A DNA stretch of 63,323 nt, counting the filler, from Octopus bimaculoides (taxonomy: Eukaryota): NCBI RefSeq assembly GCF_001194135.2. It is 3 parts of 3 records of this genome, joined end to end, with 100 filler letters (N's around TTAATTAATTAA, not from the genome) between each part and the next. Parts side by side here need not be neighbours in the genome. Positions count along the whole stretch, not along the records: positions 29,893 to 58,923 come from NC_068987.1; 2 more parts are not named here. One strand, written 5' to 3'. This document shows, piece by piece, positions 37,790 through 50,850 of this stretch (position 1 is its first letter; each line of letters opens with the position of its first letter). Both the position numbers and the translations under genes were made by a program. The notes below the pieces were generated by a model. That model did not search any database and was not told the DNA's origin. It saw only the letters and a list, made by a program, of their open reading frames with translations.

Positions 37790-38140
37790 CACTGTGTTCC
37801 TGTCAAACGAGTGGTTCAGACGTTTCAAAGATGGCCGAACAATTCTCGATATTGACGAACGTTCTGAGAGATCCGCAACTAGCAGATCTGAGAAAGACAT
37901 CGCAGATGTGCGTGCAGCTGTGAGGGGAAATCGTCGAAACACCATCCATGAGTTATCAGAGGATATGCAGATTAGTTACGGTTCAGCCCATTATCACTGA
38001 AGATTTGGGTTTGAGTCGCGTGTCTGCAGAGTTTGTGTAAAAACTGCTTTCAGCTGATCAAAAAGACACGAGTTGCAGCTGTGCAAGATCTCCGTGATTG
38101 TATCGAGGACGATGAAAATTGTTTGAAAACTTTGTGTGGG
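37790..38140 (+). mobile_element. Mariner transposase fossil (HTH region)
   Basis: EWFRRFKDGRTILDIDERSERSATSRSEKDIADVRAAVRGNRRNTIHELSEDMQISYGS resembles the WFxRFK..D..RSGRP segment; frameshifted after it. Confidence 0.85.
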
Positions 38141-38385
38141 CCTCTGAGCAGGTATCGCCAAATATTTGGCAAACATTTGATGATGATTCTCTGTTCACCT
38201 TTCTCTGTCATAGTCAGCACGATGGTCACACGCTACACACTTTCCTTCCAAATACTGCTGTGATCAGTGGAAGTAGGCTAAAACGTTCAAACCTAGTGCA
38301 CATTCACAGCAGAGCTTGAGGTCAATCTGTGCCAAGCGGCTGTACTCTGCGTACTTCAGCCTCGTTACTATGGCAACATACCAGA
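38140..38385 (-). mobile_element. 5' end of a second mariner-like element, inverted
   Basis: Minus strand atgacagagaaaggtgaacagagaatcatcatcaaatgtttgcc reads MTEKGEQRIIIKCLP, like the mariner N-terminal QRxxIKF; upstream boundary uncertain. Confidence 0.5.
38364..38377. promoter_or_regulatory. RFX X-box motif GTTACTATGGCAAC
   Basis: Full match to the X-box consensus RTHNYYWTRRNRAC; function unproven. Confidence 0.35.
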
Positions 38386-38999
38386 TACTTATTGATCAGA
38401 TCACTTATATATAAACAAATTAAAGGTAATGCTATACACTTCGTAATAATCCTTTATATACATGTGTGTGTGTGTGTGAAATGCAGGGCGTGGCGTATAA
38501 TCCCTGTCTCAACTTAATGTCGCCAGCATTTCTCGGGTAATCAACAATACACGGTGAATGTCACGTACGAAGCGGTGTTCCATTTCAGTGAATGTTCGAT
38601 GATTATTCGAAATGTGATTATCTCATCTGTGCATGATATCTCCTATCGGAAACCAGATAGTTAATTTCGTAAAAATCTTCCGCTTCCATCTTTCATTCTT
38701 TCAAGAAACGCCCGGTTAAACTTCTTTCTGGAATAGAAAGGATTGTGGTCTCCCTACAAACGTAGTCCTTTATGTTTTCTTCCTTTTAAGCTTCGAGGAA
38801 ATGACCACGTTTACGGTTTTATAATAGCCTCTCTGTATCCCATTTCTACTTCAGAGATGTTACAGTCCATACTACTGTAACATCTAACCAATATCCAAAA
38901 ATATGTAGCAGAATTAAAGATAGAATATTATTCGAAATTTTACTTAAGTTTCAAGGCGTGGCATGAGTGGCGTCTCTCCTAATGTTTCTAAATATTAAG

Positions 39000-39180
39000 G
39001 CGTCGAGCTGGCTGAATCATTAGCACGACTGCCAAAATGCTTGGCGGCATTGGTCTGTCTTTACGTTCTGTGTTCAAATTCTTCCGAGGTCGACTTTATC
39101 TTTCGTCCTTTTGGGATCGATCAAATAAGTATGAGTTGAGCACTTGGTTGGGAATATTGCTGGCCATGTGCCAAAATATG
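39000..39180 (+). mobile_element. SINE family B
   Basis: aaggcgtcgagctggctgaatcattagcacg..ttcaaattcttccgaggtcgacttt. Confidence 0.8.
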
Positions 39181-39894
39181 GAACGAATATTTCCAAATAT
39201 GTATTATTGTATGACATTCGTTCGCGTAAACGGCTTGAGACTGTGTTCATTGATCGTCTATCTCTAATTGGAACACGGACACGTCTCAAATATTATTACT
39301 TCTCCCAATGCGTCCACTGGTGTATAGCGATAACATTATTGTTAAAACACAGGCATATTGCACTAAGTTGATGTTTTGTGTCGTTGTCCAGCTTCAAGTC
39401 AAGTTTTTCCATATGATGAGAGACATACCCTCCTGAACATACAGAGTATTTCTATGTTTAAGCCTATTGAGTTTTCAGATAAATTCGTTTGCCTTTATTC
39501 TACTTGGTTTCCCGTCGTCATATGTCTGAGATAAGCAAAATTTATTTAAATTCTAAAAACGATAAACATTAAAATAAGACGAAAGCAACAAAAATTCATA
39601 AAACCACTAGTAAAAATAGTTCTCGTATTCATTTAATTAGCATCGGAAATGATTAAAATAGATAGAGAAAACATTTTACTAGCAACCAAAAGCCGGTGTG
39701 GAGAGATGGGAGAGAATTTGGACCTTGTTATTAACAACACGTAAAATACAACTCGTTATTCCATGAGACTTCAGTTTAAGATGCCAGCTCACTTGCATCT
39801 ATATTAGTTCTGAGGTGACCATTAGTGGATGACAAGTGGTATATCGTTTGTTTCTTCATCGTTTATCTTTTGGTTGCTTTTGTCATTAGATTGC

Positions 39895-40030
39895 GACCAT
39901 GCTGGGGGCATCACCTTGAAGGATTTTAGTTGAATGAATCGAACCCCAGTACTTATTCAATCGGTGACTTTTGCCGAACAGTAAAGTTAATGGAACGTAG
40001 ACTCACCAACACTGGTCATGAAGCAGTAGT
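39895..40030 (-). mobile_element. SINE family A tail
   Basis: gcgaccatgctggggg..gaaccccagtacttattc..ggtgacttttgccgaac..caccaacactggtc. Confidence 0.65.
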
Positions 40031-40886
40031 AGAGGCACAGACACAGACACAAATAACAAACACACAAACATACACACAGGTGCAAATACACACAGGTGCA
40101 CATACACACAGGTGCACATACACACGCACGCACACACACAAATATATATATATANNNNNNNNNNNNNNNNNNNNNNNNNNNNNNNNNNNNNNNNNNNNNN
40201 NNNNNNNNNNNNNNNNNNNNNNNNNNNNNNNNNNNNNNNNNNNNNNNNNNNNNNNNNNNNNNNNNNNNNNNNNNNNNNNNNNNNNNNNNNNNNNNNNNNN
40301 NNNNNNNNNNNNNNNNNNNNNNNNNNNNNNNNNNNNNNNNNNNNNNNNNNNNNNNNNNNNNNNNNNNNNNNNNNNNNNNNNNNNNNNNNNNNNNNNNNNN
40401 NNNNNNNNNNNNNNNNNNNNNNNNNNNNNNNNNNNNNNNNNNNNNNNNNNNNNNNNNNNNNNNNNNNNNNNNNNNNNNNNNNNNNNNNNNNNNNNNNNNN
40501 NNNNNNNNNNNNNNNNNNNNNNNNNNNNNNNNNNNNNNNNNNNNNNNNNNNNNNNNNNNNNNNNNNNNNNNNNNNNNNNNNNNNNNNNNNNNNNNNNNNN
40601 NNNNNNNNNNNNNNNNNNNNNNNNNNNNNNNNNNNNNNNNNNNNNNNNNNNNNNNNNNNNNNNNNNNNNNNNNNNNNNNNNNNNNNNNNNNNNNNNNNNN
40701 NNNNNNNNNNNNNNNNNNNNNNNNNNNNNNNNNNNNNNNNNNNNNNNNNNNNNNNNNNNNNNNNNNNNNNNNNNNNNNNNNNNNNNNNNNNNNNNNNNNN
40801 NNNNNNNNNNNNNNNNNNNNNNNNNNNNNNNNNNNNNNNNNNNNNNNNNNNNNNNNNNNNNNNNNNNNNNNNNNNNNNNNNNNNNN

Positions 40887-40922
<36 letters not shown>

Positions 40923-40924
40923 TC

Positions 40925-41130
40925 AAGGCACAAGGCCCGAACAATTTGAGAAAGGGGCCAGTGGATTAAATCGACCTCAGTATGCAACTGATACTTTATT
41001 TTTCGACCTCCGAAAGGATCAAAGGCAAAGTGAACCTCGGTGGAATTCGAACTTAGAACGTAAAGACAAATAAAATACCGCTAAGCATTTCACACGGCAT
41101 CGTAACGTTTTTGTCAGCACGCCGCCTTAT
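40925..41130 (-). mobile_element. SINE family B
   Basis: ggcacaaggcccg..tcgacc.cgaaaggatcaaaggcaaagtgaacctcggtggaattcgaac..gcacgccgcctt. Confidence 0.85.
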
Positions 41131-41221
41131 CAATATTAGTATATTGCCACGAATCCGTAGTTGTATATGATGGAAGAAAGCTTTTGAGCGCAGATAGAAC
41201 GTATATATTATAACCCGTGAA

Positions 41222-41470
41222 AACGTGTGGCTAAGTAGTTTGGCTCTAGCACTCAGGATCGCTATATCATGGTTTCGATTCACAGACCTGGAGGCGCGAT
41301 GCTTTCTCAAGCAAAACACTTCATTTCACGTTGCTCCAGTCCGGCTTTCGATAAGGGGTGGGGGAATGTTGACCTATCACTAAGCCGGTGGGGTGGCATC
41401 ATTTGAAGGCTGAAACGATGCTGCAAAGCGCATTGTTTAGAATGGTGTATAACAACCTCTCATTGTCTAG
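41222..41470 (+). mobile_element. SINE family D
   Basis: gtgtggctaagtagtt..ggtttcgattc..caagcaaaacacttcatttcacgttgctccagtcc, shared with 7695-8010. Confidence 0.65.
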
Positions 41471-42527
41471 TCTGTGAGAAAGAAAGAAAAGATAAAAAAA
41501 AAAAATCAAGGTATCACAATCTATTACATCATGTCTCTCCAGAAATGCCGTGACTTTCTCTGACAAAACAAGCCATAATGTTTATTATGCCGTTTGGCAT
41601 ACAGCTCAGTCTTGTTAAAGTAAAACGATGATCAAAAGTATTATGTACATGTACATGACCAACCATATTGTTTTCAGTTGAATTAAAACATTATGTTGAA
41701 ACGAATGCATAACAAAATTGCTATGTCAAACGGTTTATGAACACCTTAAAGGAACCATCTCTCTCGTTTCTGTTGTCCCTCCCATTTAGTTCATATGATT
41801 ATGGATATTATGAATGCATAATACGATATTTGAGGTTTTGGAGTACAATTCACATCCGATGAATCAATAGAAAATTATATCTGACAAAGTTTTGAATGAT
41901 TTTAGGACATTCAGGAAAGTGTCAAGCTGTTAACATAAATCCAAGATTATTTTATCCTTTACATACATTAACACCTTCATTAATACAGATCTAACTGATT
42001 AATGCCAATTCTCCATGCATAATTACTGAGTTAACGAAAGCGTCTTTGATGGCTTATTTAGTGCAATATTCACCTAGAGGGTAATAAAAACACTAATCGC
42101 TAATTAGATATTTCACTTTCTCTTTGAAAACCTGCTGGAAATTGTGCCACGTACTTCAAAGTATATAACTTAAATGTGTTCTCTTCTGTATTTAATCACT
42201 TAAATTCTTCCTCTGAGGAAGGAGCTGGTGTCTAACAAGGATACAAAGCTCCATCGTTGGAATGTAGATAATGAAAACAATGTCACATTTTAAACATGCA
42301 TATTTTTAATGCTCTACTTCGAGATTGTATTTGTAATGTGCGAGTTTGCTAGCTGACCTCTTTTTTCTGAAAATCGAAGCTTACCTACACTATGCATGTA
42401 TGTATATATATGTATGTATGAATGTATGTATGTATGTATGTATGTATATTTGTATGTATGTATGTATAGATGGATGGAGGAAAAGCTCGGACAGGAGACG
42501 GACAAGAATACATCTGATTCCTGCAGC

Positions 42528-42573
<46 letters not shown>

Positions 42574-42589
42574 CATACACATACAGCGT

Positions 42590-43410
42590 GTGATGAACAA
42601 ATTATAACCATTTTATATTTTAATTTCGCGCATGCGCATTGTTTTTGATTTTGTCGATACAGAATATAGTAGGGTCATCTGGATACCGTCTGTGAGAAAA
42701 ATGTCACCTTGACGCAATTTACTCTGCCAGAAAGTTGGAAACGATATGTTGTATTGCATGCCATTCGCACCGGAAGCTCCAATACGGACATTTCAAATTG
42801 TTTGCCTGACAATCTGAGGACAGTGCACTTTGAGGACATGTACCGAATGGGATAAAAATCAAACATCCTGTCAGCATCATGGTGTTTGGAGTGACGATTA
42901 GTGATGGCGATGTTATGCCTCCATTCAACCCACACGGCTTCAGACACAACACGGAGGTCTACAGCAAGTGTCTGGAGGAGGTAGTGTCCTGGGTCAAGAT
43001 GGTGCCCTGAGTCAAAAGAGTGGCTACTTGCGAAAGGACCCTACACCATGGCACATAAGCAGAAGAATCCAGCCTTGGCTGTCAGAGAATTTCTGCCACT
43101 ACATCACATCACCCCTAACATTTGGCTACCAAACACCCCAGACTTGCAACCCCCTTGATTATTATGTGTAGGGCGCAATTCATCGAGAGACCAACAAAAC
43201 TCCTTTATAACACCAATGATAAACTGAAGGCAAGGAATGTGGCAGCATTGAGTTGCAGGGGATTCTAAAGTCTTCTGGAGGCCGTGGTTGAAGCCAATGG
43301 CGATTTTATTGAATAAATTTGCTCTGTAATATTTCAAAATATTTTTTATGTAATTTTGGTAAATATATCTGTTAAAATGAGATGTCAGTATTATTTTTAT
43401 GTTTACGTAA
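42590..43410 (+). mobile_element. maT (DD37D-like) Tc1/mariner transposase fossil
   Basis: KIKHPVSIMVFGVTISDGDVMPPF..VYSKCLEEVV..WHISRRIQPWLSENF..CNPLDYYV..LEAVVEANGDFIE-stop. Confidence 0.85.
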
Positions 43411-43784
43411 TTTAGATGACTGTTTATATATTTATATATNNNNNNNNNNNNNNNNNNNNNNNNNNNNNNNNNNNNNNNNNNNNNNNNNNNNNNNNNNNNN
43501 NNNNNNNNNNNNNNNNNNNNNNNNNNNNNNNNNNNNNNNNNNNNNNNNNNNNNNNNNNNNNNNNNNNNNNNNNNNNNNNNNNNNNNNNNNNNNNNNNNNN
43601 NNNNNNNNNNNNNNNNNNNNNNNNNNNNNNNNNNNNNNNNNNNNNNNNNNNNNNNNNNNNNNNNNNNNNNNNNNNNNNNNNNNNNNNNNNNNNNNNNNNN
43701 NNNNNNNNNNNNNNNNNNNNNNNNNNNNNNNNNNNNNNNNNNNNNNNNNNNNNNNNNNNNNNNNNNNNNNNNNNNNNNNNNNNN

Positions 43785-43817
<33 letters not shown>

Positions 43818-43869
43818 TACTTCTGTAAGATATATATATATAGTGCACTGTTTCGAAATATTGGCTTCA

Positions 43870-44080
43870 AAATATGGCACAAAGCCAGGAAATTCCGGGG
43901 ACGGTTTAAGTAGATTACATCGTCCGCAGTAGTCAGCAGCTATTCTTATCCTAGACCCCTAAAGGATGAAAGGCAAAATCGACGTCGCCGGAATTTGAAC
44001 TCAGCACCTAAACCGGACGGAATATCGTCCTGTATTTTGCCCGTTGTTTTTAACGCTTGTGCCAGGTCACCGCCTTATCC
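43870..44080 (-). mobile_element. SINE family B
   Basis: atggcacaaagccagg..ggatgaaaggcaaaatcgacgtcgccggaatttgaactcag..tcaccgcctta. Confidence 0.8.
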
Positions 44081-44117
44081 TTGCGTAATATTCAAATATA
44101 CATTCCGTATTTATTTC

Positions 44118-44149
<32 letters not shown>

Positions 44150-44380
44150 CTGTCTGTGCGTTGTGTCTTTGCTTGTCACGCCCATATCTTACCACTCAAC
44201 AACACACGTTGGTTTGTTTACGTCCTCAGAATTTTACAGTTGGTGAAACAAACTGATTGAATAAGAGCCAGACTTTACGAAAATAAATACCGGCATCGAG
44301 TCGTTCTGATAAAACCGTTGGAGGTGATGATCCAGTATGGCCGCGCTCCAATGACTGAAGCAAGTTAATGACAGAGAAAC
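44150..44380 (+). mobile_element. SINE family A tail
   Basis: ggtttgtttacgtcc..gaataagagccagac..ccagtatggccgcgctccaatgactgaagcaag. Confidence 0.65.
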
Positions 44381-44668
44381 AAGGTTGTCATTTCATTTGT
44401 AAACGTTGTTGCTTGGACGACATTTTAGTTTGCTATTTCTTTATGGATAATAATAGCAAGGAATTGAATCGAATAAAATAGAACTCAGAATATTCCGAGT
44501 AGGATTTTGGCAAAGCTATAATTGACGGAGAACGGGGGGACATTAATATGTCGCATAATATGAGGGCATAGGTACGCATGTTCGTTAATAACCCAGGCAA
44601 CCTTATGAAAAGAAATGGATAAGGGAGGTCGAGCAAATGTGCATGCTATGTTTTAGTTGCCTGCAGAG

Positions 44669-45520
<852 letters not shown>

Positions 45521-45615
45521 GGAGAGTTCGCTCCCTTAGACTGTTCAGTCTTCTACGTAACGTAAAGTATTGATTAAATCGTTCTGGCGGTTAAGAAGAA
45601 TTCTGCACGTGCATA

Positions 45616-45655
<40 letters not shown>

Positions 45656-45959
45656 CACGCGCACACACACTCACACCAACACACATCACGCACGCGAATG
45701 TTCTCGTGTGCGCCTGCGTTGGAGAATGCGAGTTATGTATGTGTGTATGTGTGTCTGTCTGTGTATGCGTGAGTTTGAATATTTGCGTGAGTGAGTGAGT
45801 GAGTGAGTAAGTGTGTATGTGCATCTGTGTGTGTGTGTGTGTCTGTGTGTGTGTGTGTGTGCGTTTAGCTGGTTATAGTTCTAATGAATTTGTGGGTTTG
45901 CTGGTATGTATGGAGTAAACTATGTTAGAGTTGTATAAAGAGAAAGAGTAATAACGAAA

Positions 45960-46362
45960 AGCGGGGGAAAACGAGCGTCAGAAATGAGGTGACAGTTTAG
46001 AGAGGGGGCGGGGAAGTAATAGCAAATGGAGAGGGAAAGTGCGTGTGTGTGTGTAGGGGAGAGAAAAGGAGAGACAATTGGCCTGCAGCCAGTCTGCAGA
46101 TGTCGTTGTTAATTAACAAATGCGTTGCTTATTCCGAGACTGAACGACTGGTGGCATGCAAAAGGAAAGAACGTAGAGACTCAAGACAAGATACACCCCT
46201 CTTTACTACACTCAAGGAACAAAACAGCCTGGTTTCAGACAACGAACGGACTTTTGCAGTAATGGCAGAATTGGTTCTTCGAGAAATTTAGCAATTGAGG
46301 AAGCAAGGATTTTCTATTTCTTCCACGGTTTTCCCTTTAATAATTTTGAAAGGATCGTAAGC
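45960..46362. promoter_or_regulatory. Unique CpG-containing island resembling a promoter or 5' UTR
   Basis: GC box GGGGCGGGG at 46005-46013, possible donor GTAAGC at 46357-46362, non-repetitive between simple repeats. Confidence 0.3.
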
Positions 46363-46434
46363 GGAGAGCGAAAGAATTTTAAAATATATTACGCATGTCG
46401 AAGTTACACCGTAGCATTAATATATATACATATG

Positions 46435-46502
<68 letters not shown>

Positions 46503-46545
46503 CATACGTATGTGTATGTATCTATGTATGTATATGTGTATATAT

Positions 46546-46812
46546 GGGCTTAACCCTAGGCGCAGTAAGTGCCACTGACGAGAATTAAGATGCTCAGCAT
46601 CAAAATTCGAAATCACGTGAGATGGCTATATCCGCGATCGTAGAGAGCTTTGTGTTTCTTGTCAGCTTATTGCGATAGTGCTCTTGTGGCTAATTAGTCG
46701 TTTTGACTCTTATTTCTAGCAATGCTGGTACCGCTTTGTACCTGCTGTCACTTTAGTGACGACGTCTATAAATTTGCCTTTAGGTTGTTAAATTGCTAAT
46801 AAACCGCCCATA
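46546..46812 (+). mobile_element. Short hammerhead-bearing repeat between (TA)n tracts
   Basis: About 265 bp with microsatellites on both sides; ends atatgggc and gcccatat are mutually inverted; contains the fold at 46571-46626. Confidence 0.65.
46571..46626 (+). ncRNA. Minimal type I hammerhead, one core mismatch
   Basis: GCCA-CUGACGA-GAAUU-AA-GAUGC-UCA-GCAUC-AA-AAUUC-GAAA-UCACGUGA-GA-UGGC; U16.1 reads G. Confidence 0.75.
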
Positions 46813-46895
46813 TTATTTATATTATGTATATAGATATATGTATGTATGAGTGTGTGTGTGCATATATATATATACATATATAATCTTTTACTTGC

Positions 46896-46951
<56 letters not shown>

Positions 46952-47012
46952 NNNNNNNNNNNNNNNNNNNNNNNNNNNNNNNNNNNNNNNNNNNNNNNNN
47001 NNNNNNNNNNNN

Positions 47013-47060
<48 letters not shown>

Positions 47061-47829
47061 TTTATCAGTAGCCAGCATATAAAATATCTTTTAAAGTGAA
47101 AATTATAAATGCAATTATAAATAAAGGAAAAAGAAAAATTGTTTGTTTGCCAATATGGTGAAAAATAGACGCTAAATCCTGTAACCACATAAAATATTTT
47201 CACTTATATCATTACACCACGTTTCGAAACGAGGAAAGTAAGCTAACAGAAATTCATAAAAATATAATTATTCCCGAATCCGTTCTGATTTCTGGATCAA
47301 TCCAAAAAGGATTCTTCCTTCATCAGTAAGGAACACAAAATGAAAATAAATGAAATACCTAGTCATACGCATGGAAAAGCAGATTCAAAGTCATGAATAC
47401 CTTTAAATAACCCAAATATATCCAAATAGAAAATCCGTAGCAAGCCTCGACACAAGTGTAGTCGGTCAGGAAACGCATACAAGTGGTTAACTAATCTTCG
47501 CTTTAACGATAACAATTGAGTGTGTAACTAATGTTGTGACTCCAAGGTAATTGTAGAGTGAAATTTCAGAGAAGATCAGATTGACTAGGACTTCATAATA
47601 CACAACACTATACGCAAATATGTGTGTGCATGTGTGTAGGTGACAATCTTTAACCTGGTAATAAAAATTACAAAAACAAATAAAAAAAAAGAGAATTGCA
47701 TGGAGCAAAAGAGAAATGGTGAAATAGAAGATAATAAAATCGAGAAAAAATTGTCGGCTGTAATGTCTAGAAGAGTAAATATGGAATATACACAGCAACA
47801 AGATGCAATATAGAAAATTGAATAAAAAG

Positions 47830-48260
47830 CATTCTTTTAACATAAGCCAGAAACGTGCAACAAAACGAATATCCACCGTCAGGCTTGTATGATGCTCTGA
47901 GCGTCTTGCTTCTCTTTGAAGCTCAGACGTCTGGCAACTGACTTGGTAGACACCCACAAGATTATCCACCATCTTTCCAACAACAACCTATGGCAACTTT
48001 TTGAATTCCATATGACAAACACTCGTGGACATGCTTATAAAATCGTAAAATAACACAGCACTTATGACTTTCGAAAACATTTTTTTACGCTTAGAATTCA
48101 TGAAGCATGGAATAAACTACCCGCATCAGTCGTTAGCTGTCCAGACACTACATTCTTAAAGACTTCCATGCTTCCTCAAATCTGCTAAGAGTACACCTGT
48201 TGGCTCTTTTTCTTAGTTATCGTGCATCTGAGCACTGTATATAACAATTTCTTTCGTATT
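47830..48260 (+). mobile_element. CR1/L2-clade LINE 3' fossil
   Basis: QKRATKRI..DLVDTHKIIH..NTRGHAYKIVK*HSTYDFRKHFFTLRIHEAWNKLPASVV. Confidence 0.85.
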
Positions 48261-48309
48261 TTATTGCAGGAAACATTAAAATATATTTTACTTCTATCTT
48301 AATTGTCAT

Positions 48310-48490
48310 AGTCATTAGACTGAGTTCATAGTGGGGTACCACCTTGAAGAAATTTAGTCAATTGAATGGACAACAGTTCTTGTCTTTCATTAAGCCTTGT
48401 ACTTAGTCAATCGTTCACATTTGCCGAACCGCTACGCTAGAGGGCAAACACACCAACACGAGTTGTCAGGTGGTGTTGTGACACAAACAC
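48310..48490 (-). mobile_element. SINE family A tail
   Basis: ttgccgaaccgctacg..aaacacaccaacacgagttgtcaggtggtg..gacacaaacacagac. Confidence 0.6.
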
Positions 48491-48555
48491 AGACTTAGAC
48501 ACACGCAAACGCACACGCACACACGGACACACGCACACACAGACACACAGACACA

Positions 48556-48615
<60 letters not shown>

Positions 48616-49016
48616 NNNNNNNNNNNNNNNNNNNNNNNNNNNNNNNNNNNNNNNNNNNNNNNNNNNNNNNNNNNNNNNNNNNNNNNNNNNNNNNNNNNNN
48701 NNNNNNNNNNNNNNNNNNNNNNNNNNNNNNNNNNNNNNNNNNNNNNNNNNNNNNNNNNNNNNNNNNNNNNNNNNNNNNNNNNNNNNNNNNNNNNNNNNNN
48801 NNNNNNNNNNNNNNNNNNNNNNNNNNNNNNNNNNNNNNNNNNNNNNNNNNNNNNNNNNNNNNNNNNNNNNNNNNNNNNNNNNNNNNNNNNNNNNNNNNNN
48901 NNNNNNNNNNNNNNNNNNNNNNNNNNNNNNNNNNNNNNNNNNNNNNNNNNNNNNNNNNNNACCTGTTTGGTGTTCATACACCTGCCTTCGTCTTTTGTTT
49001 ATCTGTGAATTTCAGC

Positions 49017-49055
<39 letters not shown>

Positions 49056-49459
49056 TTGAAAAAGAAGAATTTATGCAAAAGAAGAATTTGGGAAATTTGT
49101 TTGGATGCACATTCATCAATGTGTTGACTGACAGGTATCTTCCTGTATTCCGGAATTCTAATTTGGGATTTGTGCACCGCCATCCTCCGACGTAGGCTGT
49201 TTTCTTTTTTTTTTTTTGTGTGTCCAATATATTGCCGTTTTCATCCCGAACATGTAATTGATAAATCAAGGTCTCCGATGCACATCTAAAGTTAGTTTTT
49301 TATGGTGAAATTTTGGCCTTGTTCCAATCGGTATTCTGATCCCTCTGTCATGTTGATACACATCCCACAATTGGGTCTCCCACACTTTTTACTGTAGGAT
49401 TTGTGCCTATTATTCAGTGTAATTTGGCCTGGGTTAAAATCTTCTTCGTTTATTTTGGT

Positions 49460-49740
49460 TGCCTCTTACATTTCTTCTTCTCCTCCTTCTTCTCCTTGTT
49501 GTTCTTCTTCTCCTTCTCCTTCTTCTCTTCCTTCTTCTTTTTTTTCTTCTTCTTCTTCTTCTTCTTCTTCTTCTCCTTCTCCTTATTCTTCTTCTTCTTC
49601 TTCTCCTTCTCCTTCTTCTTCTTCTTCTTCTTCTTCTTCTGCTCCTCTTCCTCCTACTTCTTCTTCTTCTTCTTCTGCTCCTCCTCCTCCTCCTCCTCCT
49701 CCTCCTTCTTCTTCTTCTTCTCCTTCTTCTTCTTCTTCTC
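49460..49740. repeat. (CTT)n/(CCT)n microsatellite
   Basis: Read directly; source of the poly-S, poly-F and poly-L pseudo-ORFs. Confidence 0.95.
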
Positions 49741-50001
49741 TACCAAGAATTTACAACGACTTCGAACACAAGATTAAACAAAAGAGACAGAAACAATCAG
49801 TGACAAGGAAAATGCCACTTGCATTTGAACACTATGCATGTATTCTTTAAAAAAAAATCTTTTCTTCTAATTTTTCCAAAATTCAATTGTTTTCCATACT
49901 TACAGTTGAAAAAGTCTCAATGACTGAAACCGGTACTGAAATGCTTTTTATAAAATTATTTAAGCATTTTCTACCATGATATTTTTTTTTCCATATATAC
50001 G

Positions 50002-50135
<134 letters not shown>

Positions 50136-50850
50136 CAGATAGATAGATGGCGATACACAAACACACACACACACACACACACATATACCGGAGAAAATTG
50201 TTTTTCAGTTACAGTGTTCGTTTTCCAGTAATTCACTTTCTGTTTATCATTCAGGCTGTTTATCGTAAATTGCACAATACTTACCCACCTGTCAACTCCA
50301 TCGCACAAATTAATAAAAAATATAAGAGAATCAAGAAAAACAAGGACCTAAATAATAGGTAGAATAATTACTACTCAGCTAATCTCATTCATTTATCATT
50401 TGAGAATTATCTCTAAATTAAATCCGTACATGGATGAATATTGATTATCAGATTAAGCAACAGAATTTATGATTTCCCTTAATCGAATTTTGTGTCAATA
50501 TGCAGTTTTGCAATTTTCTTCTCTACGCCCACAGCCACGGTGTCAATCATCTTTAGGTTTAGGTCATCTTCACTTTCTTACAAATTTCATTAATATGCGA
50601 AGAAAACGTGTAGAAAATAGCATGAAACCCATCATGAAATTCATTGAACCGTAAAATCCTAATTCTGGGATTTCATTCAGGATATAATTCAAAATATAGA
50701 CTGATAAACACCACTAAATATAATAGCTGTTCTTTTCGTATAGCTTTACGTGTTAATCGTGCTTTTGTGTAAAGACATAAAATAAATGAAAATGAGAATA
50801 AGAATTAACTGCATACTGTGTATTGACATATTTGTTTATCACTGTGTCTA

